From positions 1 to 38,019 of the forward strand of contig JAYEOW010000031.1 of NCBI GenBank assembly GCA_034723395.1: a DNA stretch of 38,019 bases, given 5' to 3'. Every line of letters starts with the position of its first letter. Positions within the stretch are counted from its first letter, which is position 1. This document shows, in pieces, positions 18,582 through 25,461 of the stretch. The stretch comes from Candidatus Margulisiibacteriota bacterium (GTDB lineage: Bacteria; Margulisbacteria; WOR-1; O2-12-FULL-45-9). The translations under genes and the position numbers were made by a program. Below the pieces are notes generated by a model that saw only the letters and a program-made list of their open reading frames with translations, was not told where the DNA came from and made no database searches.

Positions 18582-19250
18582 ATGGTGACGGGTATTAAAT
18601 TTCACAGGCTTCGGAACATCTCCCTGAACGGCCAAAAAAGAAGGCCGACTACCCCGATTTATAAGCTCAACCGCCCTTTATTGTCCATACAAGAAGAACG
18701 TGTATTAATAAAAATGGCTAAGTCCGGGGACCGCAGGGCGATAGAGACCCTTCTGGCGTGCAACCAGCGCTATGTTTATAAAATCGCCGGCAGATATGCG
18801 TGGACTGGAGTCCCGATGAGCGACCTTGTCCAGCAGGGGAATATCGGCTTGATACAAGCGATAAAAAAGTTTGATCCGGAAAAGGGCGTCAAATTTATCA
18901 CTTATGCTCACTATTGGATATTGAGTTTGGTCAAAGAATGTTTGAGGGATAATGAGATTAATACTAAGGATTATAAAGAACGGCCTTTTGTGCTCTCTTT
19001 CGAAAGCCTTCCCCCGGAATTATTTCCAAAAAGTATTAATTATGATGGCATGGTATTATTCGGTGAAGTCTTGGTACAGATGGGTAAACTTCCCGAACGA
19101 CTTAAAATGGTATTGGACGGGCACTTTATTGAAGCGATGACGCTAGATGAGATCGGCCATGAAATGGGGATTAGCGGGGAACGTGCGAGACAGCTTGAGC
19201 AGAGGGCATTAAACCTTATCAGAGAACAGATAGTTAGAAAAAAGGACTAA
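18582..19250 (+). CDS. Sigma-70 family factor with RpoD/RpoH-like regions 1.2, 2 and 4 but no region 3
   Basis: LLSIQEERVL, DLVQQGNIGLIQAIKKFDPEKGVKFITYAHYWI, MTLDEIGHEMGISGERARQLEQRAL. Confidence 0.9.
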   Translation: MVTGIKFHRLRNISLNGQKRRPTTPIYKLNRPLLSIQEERVLIKMAKSGDRRAIETLLACNQRYVYKIAGRYAWTGVPMSDLVQQGNIGLIQAIKKFDPEKGVKFITYAHYWILSLVKECLRDNEINTKDYKERPFVLSFESLPPELFPKSINYDGMVLFGEVLVQMGKLPERLKMVLDGHFIEAMTLDEIGHEMGISGERARQLEQRALNLIREQIVRKKD

Positions 19251-19347
19251 TGGGGAAATTGGACGAATAATCGGATATCCCTGCGAAAGAGTGCGCCAGA
19301 TCAAGAATGCAGCGCTAAAAAAGGTGCTGGGTCCGAATCCCCTCTGA
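19234..19347 (+). pseudogene. Second sigma region-4.2 HTH fragment in the +1 frame, with no start codon
   Basis: Translates as LEKRTNGEIGRIIGYPCERVRQIKNAALKKVLGPNPL*; bounded upstream by TAG 19231-19233. Confidence 0.75.
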
Positions 19348-19365
19348 TTTTAGTCGTTAATTAAT

Positions 19366-19393
19366 GCAAGTTTGTCCTTTTTAAACCCGATAA
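19366..19393 (+). promoter_or_regulatory. sigma28-like promoter #5
   Basis: GCAAGTTT-N12-CCCGATAA. Confidence 0.75.
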
Positions 19394-19403
19394 ATATAGC
19401 AAG

Positions 19404-19434
19404 AGAACACCAAAAGGAGAGTGTCTAAATTATG
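19404..19434 (+). promoter_or_regulatory. Leader hairpin ACAC-CAAAAGGAGA-GTGT with the Shine-Dalgarno in its loop (copy 2)
   Basis: AGAACACCAAAAGGAGAGTGTCTAAATTATG; ANGGA in the loop overlaps the Shine-Dalgarno. Confidence 0.6.
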
Positions 19435-20211
19435 GCAACAAATGCGTGCACCGCTGGTGCTGTAAGAGCAGCAACTGTAAAAAGAAGTAAAGTTCCAAAT
19501 CTTCCATCTTCGGTTCAAGGTCAAGTCAGGTCCGCTATTCTTAAGGTAATAAGAGGGGATAGGGGACTCCAGAAAAGCTTGGGGCTTAGTGTTGGAGGAT
19601 CACAAAAATTTGACATCATTATTTCTGTCTCTGGCCGCAACTTAAGTCTTTTATTGCAGCAGGGCAATAAGCGAATTTGTTTAGCTGGTTCCATTGTAAA
19701 CAAGCTAAAGGGATTGATCAAGGATGAAGGTCTTTCCGGGCTCTATCGCGAAATGAAGGTTTCATTAACTGCTGCTCCTAATCATTCTCAAAGATCAGCT
19801 TATGCATTATTAGGCAGCTACAGGCCAAGTGGCCCGCCGGCTGTTCCTGGAGAAGGAGGCAATCAACCTGCTGTTAAAACGACTGCCAACTCAAGACATA
19901 GGTTTCCCAAAAATGTTCAAGGATATTTTATGAAATTTTGTAAAAGTCTTAGGCACCCGGCTATCCAAAAAGGCAATACATATTCAGTTGCTGTAAAAAT
20001 CGATCATAATTCCACCCTAACTGCGGTTCCAGGAGTAAAAACCGGATGGAAAGGAAGCGCAAATGTCTCGCCGCAGATGAATAAAAATCTTCCGGCATAT
20101 ATCCGCAGGCAAATTAATAAGCTGATTAAAAACGGCCGCTTAAATAGGCTCTTTAAAAGATACGGTGTTAAACACGGTAATTATATTGTCAATCTTAAAT
20201 TTACTGCTTGA
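19432..20211 (+). CDS. Hypothetical basic two-domain orphan protein
   Basis: 259-aa ORF with a Shine-Dalgarno; two alpha/beta-looking halves separated by a PSGPPAVPGEGGNQP linker. Confidence 0.8.
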   Translation: MATNACTAGAVRAATVKRSKVPNLPSSVQGQVRSAILKVIRGDRGLQKSLGLSVGGSQKFDIIISVSGRNLSLLLQQGNKRICLAGSIVNKLKGLIKDEGLSGLYREMKVSLTAAPNHSQRSAYALLGSYRPSGPPAVPGEGGNQPAVKTTANSRHRFPKNVQGYFMKFCKSLRHPAIQKGNTYSVAVKIDHNSTLTAVPGVKTGWKGSANVSPQMNKNLPAYIRRQINKLIKNGRLNRLFKRYGVKHGNYIVNLKFTA

Positions 20212-20827
20212 TAGATAGTTTTTCAATTTCTTTTTTTAGTTCGGAGCGGTTAGCTTTGCCTGGCTCAATTGTTTTCCCAAGACTAAGCCTAACTTTTGAA
20301 AACGGCAGCGGTATAAAATATTTATCCCACCTCCAGGAAAGAGTTACTTTTAATGGAGCTTTTACTCCAACCGGAATAATGGGGGCCTTTGAATTCTGGC
20401 TGAGGTAAAATATCCCCGGTTTTACTTCATGCAGCGGGCCCTTGGGCCCGTCAACCGCCACTACCGCGTCATGCCCCTGTTTAATGTACTTTAACAGCCG
20501 GGCGGTACTGCGCGCCATGGTTATCTTTTTTTCAAGATGAATAGGGAGTGTTTTATATCCCATCCATTCGGCCGCTTTTCCCAGGATCTGCCCGCGGACT
20601 TCGGAGGTTACCAGGATAGCGGTATCCTTTCTGCGGTAGAGATGGAACATAACAAAGGTTGCCTGGTGCCAGGTGGCGAAGATCACGTTTTTATTATCCT
20701 TTTTCAGGTCATCGTAAGCTTTTTTCCCTTCAATCTCTACCCGCAGGGTTTTACAAATAATGACCATAGAGGAATAAAGGAGAGCGGCGGCAATATGGAC
20801 GTAGATATTAATGGAAAACTTGATCAT
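20201..20827 (-). CDS. DUF374 lysophospholipid acyltransferase family (LpxJ-like)
   Basis: IFATWHQ, AVDGPKGP, WDKYFIPLPFSKV. Confidence 0.85.
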   Translation of the reverse strand: MIKFSINIYVHIAAALLYSSMVIICKTLRVEIEGKKAYDDLKKDNKNVIFATWHQATFVMFHLYRRKDTAILVTSEVRGQILGKAAEWMGYKTLPIHLEKKITMARSTARLLKYIKQGHDAVVAVDGPKGPLHEVKPGIFYLSQNSKAPIIPVGVKAPLKVTLSWRWDKYFIPLPFSKVRLSLGKTIEPGKANRSELKKEIEKLSIKQ

Positions 20828-20867
20828 TCGTTGTTTATTCTAGCATATCTTAGAGTATAATAAGTGG

Positions 20868-22187
20868 ATGAGATTATTGCTGATCCAGCCGTCGATGTAC
20901 CATAGGGTGGGGGAGCTTTTAAAATTCGAAAAAGCTTATATCCCGAGCATTATTATGGCAACTTTGGCCGCGCTTACGCCGGAAGAATTCGAAATTAAAT
21001 TTATTGATGAGCACGTGGATGACATTAATTTTGATTATCCTGCTGATCTGGTCTGTATCACCTCGCATACCTTTGCGGCTTCGCGCGCCTACGAAATTGC
21101 GGATGAATTTAGAAAACGCGGAGTAAAAGTCATTCTTGGAGGTATCCATCCAACCGTTTTACCTGAAGAAGCCAGAGAACATGCCGATTCGGTGGTTGTC
21201 GGCGAAGCGGAAGATGTGTGGGAGACGGTTTTAGCAGATTTTAAGAACGAAAAACTCGAGCCTTTTTACCGCTCGGGCCTTCCCAAAATGGATAAACTGG
21301 TCCTTCCCCGGCTCGATATTATTAACCTTAAAAAGTATGCCAAAATGCCCTTTTCTAAGCTTCCAACTATTCCTCTAGAAACTTCAAGAGGATGTCCATT
21401 TTCGTGTGATTTTTGCCTGGTTACCCAGCATTACGGCTGCAGCCATCGGGCTAAACCGGTTGAGAATGCAATCAAAGAGATAGAAGCTGCCGGAGCGAAG
21501 TATTATTTCTTTTGTGATGTAAATATAGGGGCCCAACCAAAGCGGGCAATTGAGCTATTTAAATCTGTGGCTAATATGAATATCCGCTGGGCGGGCCAGT
21601 TTAACATCCATGCGGCGAATAACCCGGAGATGCTTAAGATGGCCCGAAAGTCGGGTTGTTATGCCGCTTATGTAGGGATCGAAAGCGTGAATGAGGCGAG
21701 TTTAAAATCGGTAGGCAAGGCAGCAAATAGGGTGGAGGATTATGAGCGTTGGCTCAAGACCTTCCACGATTGCGGAATCCCGGTCCACGGCAGTTTCGTT
21801 TTTGGCCTGGATGAAGATAACGAAGCGGTGATCGATCAGACCGTCGAATTTGTAGATAAAAACCATATCGATAAAGTGACCTATTATTTCCTTTTCCCGA
21901 TCCCCGGGACAAAGCAATACGACAGGATCAAAGCCGAAGGGCGAATGGTTCATGATAAGTATTGGTTAGATAAAGAAAAACCTCTGCTTGATATTCACTA
22001 CCAGCCAAAGAAAATCAGCCGTGAACGATTGTTGGAGAAGTTCTGGGAAGCGAATGACCGGACCTTTTCGATGGGATCGATAACTAAAAGATTGTTGTTG
22101 CCGCCACAGCCGCAATGCCTAACTTCATTTATTTCGAATTTATATTATCGGAAGATGATCAGGAAGAGAGAGTTGACCTTCTCCTGA
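20868..22187 (+). CDS. B12-binding radical SAM protein
   Basis: VILGGIHPT, VVVGEAE, TSRGCPFSCDFC (CxxxCxxC), VGIES, PIPGT. Confidence 0.93.
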   Translation: MRLLLIQPSMYHRVGELLKFEKAYIPSIIMATLAALTPEEFEIKFIDEHVDDINFDYPADLVCITSHTFAASRAYEIADEFRKRGVKVILGGIHPTVLPEEAREHADSVVVGEAEDVWETVLADFKNEKLEPFYRSGLPKMDKLVLPRLDIINLKKYAKMPFSKLPTIPLETSRGCPFSCDFCLVTQHYGCSHRAKPVENAIKEIEAAGAKYYFFCDVNIGAQPKRAIELFKSVANMNIRWAGQFNIHAANNPEMLKMARKSGCYAAYVGIESVNEASLKSVGKAANRVEDYERWLKTFHDCGIPVHGSFVFGLDEDNEAVIDQTVEFVDKNHIDKVTYYFLFPIPGTKQYDRIKAEGRMVHDKYWLDKEKPLLDIHYQPKKISRERLLEKFWEANDRTFSMGSITKRLLLPPQPQCLTSFISNLYYRKMIRKRELTFS

Positions 22188-24789
22188 TCTCGCGCCCGAT
22201 CAAAAGAGCCTCGTAGACCGTTTCCAGCGCTTCTCTCTTTGCCGGTGGTTCTTGCTCGATAGCCGCGTATACTTCTTCGGGCGAGGGAGGTTGATTTTCA
22301 AAGACGGATTTAGACGGTAATTCAATCCCCGCTTGCTGGAGGAACCGATAACGCCAGGCGTGTTTGTCCCAGCGGACATGGTAATAGGGGACCGCCCCTT
22401 TGTTCTTGGCCCAGGTTACTCCCGGAATAAAGAGATTGTTATTGGTTGCGTCCTGATAGAGATCCAGGTATCTTTGGAGTTTTTTGTCTAGTTCCGTTTC
22501 GTCGATTGTTCTTCCTTCACTCTTATATTCGGCGAGAATAAATTCTTTTAATTTTTTTATGTTTTTGTTGTAAGCGTTGAATTTAACCGCGAGTCCGGAC
22601 TTAAAACTATCGGGGAGGGCGTTAAAAGTCTCCTCGCCGATTATAACCTGACCACGCGAAGCCGCTCCCTGCAGGCGGGCGGCGACGTTTACCGCGTCAC
22701 CGATGACCGAGAATTCAATCTTGCTCTTTTCGTGCCCCATATTTCCGGCGATCGCCATCCCGGTATTTAATCCGATGCTTATCCCAAGCGGGGGGATATC
22801 GTGTTCCTTATAAAACCTTTGCATATCTTCACGTAAATTAAGGCCCTGTAGCCGCATCTGGAATTCGATCGCGGTATGGACCGCGTTTTGGACATCATCT
22901 TTACTTTTTTCGGCAACTCCCCAGTCGGCCATGATTGCATCGCCGATATATTTATCGACCATCCCGCCGTTTTTGATAATAATCGGGGTGAGTTCGGCGA
23001 ACATGGTAGATAGAAGTGAAACTACTTTTCCGGGGGTATCCTGCAGCTTGTCCGACAGCGAAGTAAATCCGGAAATATCTGCGAACATAATGGTTGCGTC
23101 ATCGACTTTTGTACCTTTTAGCCTGGCAAAGTCGCGGTTTTTAACGATCTGGTAAACCTGAGGCCCCAAGTATTGTAAGGTAAGCCGGTCGATCTCTTCA
23201 CGTAGAGTTTTTACCATGATGCCGGTCGATGCTAGTCCAGCGAATATCTTCCCCATTTCAAATTGTTCAAGGAGTACTTTGCGGTCGGCCGCGCTTAAAT
23301 CCTTGGGAATGATCTCCGGATTTGTAACTTCGAGGGAACCGAGACAGACGGCGTTCCCTTCGCTGTCGAATTCGATCAGCGAGCGGATAAAATAGGAGTG
23401 AACGCCAACGATCGAGATCAGAAACCGGTTTTGCGGGCGCACATGGAAATTATCAACGTCAGATATCATAGTGGCCATCGGTTTTAGCGCGGATGCGCGC
23501 ACGTTCCCGACAGAGCGGTCGAGCTGCTGCTCAATGATCCCCACCCCCAGCACGTTCTGGGCCTTGATCCCTTTTTCGATCTTGGTCTGCCTGAGGTTGG
23601 GATCGGCGGAGCCGGCCGCTACAAGTTTAATGGAAGATCCTTCCGGGAGAAAAGGGATTATCTCTCCCTGCTTTAATTCTATTTTCGCGGAGGAGATTTC
23701 CCGCAATTCAACTGAAGCATTGTCAAAATTTTTCAGCTTTCCGATAAGCGCGACTGCTCCCTGGGCAAAGGCAGAGGTGATCGCCTTTCCTTTATCCCGC
23801 AGGGCCTTGCCGACAAGCTGGGATCCGGGCTTGTAGGTCCGCCGGTAAAGAACGCGGGTGCCGTCTTCTTTCTCAACCGCCACGTAGGTGTCGCTGACCC
23901 TTAGGTTTTCCCATTCGGCCGTGGTGATAAAATTTCCCCGTTTATCGGACACCAGTTCGGTTGTTTCTGTTTCTGAAAAATTGATCTGCCCGCCCATCGG
24001 TCTCTTTTTAAGCGTATAGACCTCGGCCTTTTCCAGGTCCGCGTTTTTTTCGAGGCGTAAATATTTGTAGCGTATCCCGATCTTCCCTTCCGGATTGATC
24101 GCCAGCCATCCGGCGGCTTCTGACCTTGGAGACCTGCCGATTACCTGCCATGCCCAGTGGGTGATAACATTTAGCATCTCGGCAACATTTTCAAACAAGT
24201 CTTTGCTTGGATTGGTTTTGTAAACGGCGTTCATGATCGCCTGGTAAGCTTTGTGCCCGAGTTGGAGACGGTCTAATTCTTTTTGGGTTTTCCTGAGCAG
24301 GGTGTTGTGCCGGCCGCGTAAAGATGAAATTCGCTCTTCGGCCAGGGAGAGGGTTCTCTGTTCACTCTGCCTGCCGTCAAGGATGGCGCTTAGTGCGCGT
24401 AACCTTTTGATTGGAAAAGTGTTTCTGCCTCTCGGTCCTTTCGGTCGAGAAATAATATTAAAATCTTTGATAACCGATCTTATATCTTCGTCTTTGATTT
24501 GAGAGGCAAACGTAAGGGGGATGGAATTTCTGATTGCCTCAACGATATCGCCCTCTTTTCCGGAAAGAGTAGCACGATTTAATGATATGTTCCTTTGATC
24601 AACCTCTTTGAACAACATATTGCCAATCGCTTTATAGAGAACAGGTTTTTTCCCTTTGATCCCAAGTCCGATAACCAATCGCTTAGCGATATCATAGAAG
24701 CGGGATAGCCGCTTTGACTGGCGATACGCAGAATTAAAACTTTTAAGTCCATACAAAAATGGATATTTTATTACACGACTTACACCCAT
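22159..24789 (-). CDS. Soluble class III adenylate cyclase with a long unrecognised N-terminus and a probable GAF-like segment
   Basis: TIMFADISGFT, VDKYIGDAIMA, SIGLNTG, EFSVIGDAVNVAARLQ. The GAF-like segment is SYFIRSL...CLGSLEVTN. Confidence 0.88.
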   Translation of the reverse strand: MGVSRVIKYPFLYGLKSFNSAYRQSKRLSRFYDIAKRLVIGLGIKGKKPVLYKAIGNMLFKEVDQRNISLNRATLSGKEGDIVEAIRNSIPLTFASQIKDEDIRSVIKDFNIISRPKGPRGRNTFPIKRLRALSAILDGRQSEQRTLSLAEERISSLRGRHNTLLRKTQKELDRLQLGHKAYQAIMNAVYKTNPSKDLFENVAEMLNVITHWAWQVIGRSPRSEAAGWLAINPEGKIGIRYKYLRLEKNADLEKAEVYTLKKRPMGGQINFSETETTELVSDKRGNFITTAEWENLRVSDTYVAVEKEDGTRVLYRRTYKPGSQLVGKALRDKGKAITSAFAQGAVALIGKLKNFDNASVELREISSAKIELKQGEIIPFLPEGSSIKLVAAGSADPNLRQTKIEKGIKAQNVLGVGIIEQQLDRSVGNVRASALKPMATMISDVDNFHVRPQNRFLISIVGVHSYFIRSLIEFDSEGNAVCLGSLEVTNPEIIPKDLSAADRKVLLEQFEMGKIFAGLASTGIMVKTLREEIDRLTLQYLGPQVYQIVKNRDFARLKGTKVDDATIMFADISGFTSLSDKLQDTPGKVVSLLSTMFAELTPIIIKNGGMVDKYIGDAIMADWGVAEKSKDDVQNAVHTAIEFQMRLQGLNLREDMQRFYKEHDIPPLGISIGLNTGMAIAGNMGHEKSKIEFSVIGDAVNVAARLQGAASRGQVIIGEETFNALPDSFKSGLAVKFNAYNKNIKKLKEFILAEYKSEGRTIDETELDKKLQRYLDLYQDATNNNLFIPGVTWAKNKGAVPYYHVRWDKHAWRYRFLQQAGIELPSKSVFENQPPSPEEVYAAIEQEPPAKREALETVYEALLIGREIRRRSTLSS

Positions 24790-24797
24790 ACACAGGA

Positions 24798-24825
24798 TTA
24801 TCTAGAGATAATGGGTGGGATTTCA
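24798..24825 (-). promoter_or_regulatory. sigma28-like promoter #6
   Basis: Minus strand TGAAATCC-N12-CTAGATAA, 8 nt before ATG 24789. Confidence 0.55.
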
Positions 24826-24853
24826 CATTTTCTCAGATTAGTTTGGAAAATTT

Positions 24854-24881
24854 TCCCGATGTCGGCTTCGCCGAATCGGGA
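24854..24881 (-). terminator. GC-rich hairpin just downstream of the LEA gene (terminator or REP-like)
   Basis: TCCCGAT-g-TCGGC-ttc-GCCGA-ATCGGGA; the U-tract is weak. Confidence 0.5.
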
Positions 24882-24887
24882 CAGTCT

Positions 24888-25373
24888 TTAGCGGATTTGT
24901 ATGTTGGCGGGGATTTTGATCTTTCCCGAAGCTTTAAGCGGGGCAGTGGCGGTAAGGCCCATCGCACCGGCCGAGATCGATCCATCTACCCGATAATCCA
25001 TCTCTTTTTCGCCGCGCGCGATACTTTCGATCAGCGATAATGCGGCGCCAAAAACGCCTTCGTACCTAACGAAAACGGGGAGGGTGATGCGCTGGGTCGC
25101 GTTTGCGGCTAACGAAAAACCGTGGCCGGTTTGGGTAATAACTTTCTTGTTATTTGTGTAAACATCATATGAGTAGTTCGCCACGTCCAAGCTGACCGGA
25201 TTTTTATTAGTGACATCGAAGTAGAAATTTACCTCAACCCCTTCGGTATTAACTCTATTTATCCGATAGTCTATATATTGAACTTTTGGGGCATCGAGTT
25301 GGACACAACCAGTCAGAAGGGGAAGTAGTATTGTAGTTACTAGTATTGTGGAAACAATAAATATTTTTTTCAT
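24888..25373 (-). CDS. LEA type 2 (WHy domain) lipoprotein
   Basis: Lipobox LLTGC, then VTNKNPVSL and YRVDGSI. Confidence 0.87.
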   Translation of the reverse strand: MKKIFIVSTILVTTILLPLLTGCVQLDAPKVQYIDYRINRVNTEGVEVNFYFDVTNKNPVSLDVANYSYDVYTNNKKVITQTGHGFSLAANATQRITLPVFVRYEGVFGAALSLIESIARGEKEMDYRVDGSISAGAMGLTATAPLKASGKIKIPANIQIR

Positions 25374-25461
25374 GCGGAAATATTAGCATGAGGCGATTTT
25401 TTTAGCAACTGAAATCTAGCGGTTTTATAAACGAAAAAGATGGCGGAGTGGTATAATATAT

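Noticed and set aside
18582..19250. Calling the sigma factor fliA, rpoD or rpoH
   Set aside because: Region 2.4 and 4.2 residues are not FliA-like, and regions 1.1 and 3 are missing, so no symbol is justified.
19238..19270. A_AAA_AAG as a programmed -1 frameshift reaching the second HTH
   Set aside because: The -1 frame gives only GLMGKLDE-stop; the HTH is in the +1 frame.
15522..20211. Prophage or integrative island
   Set aside because: There are no phage structural genes, integrase or flanking att repeats. The genes share a promoter motif with orphans elsewhere in the window, so they look native to a regulon.
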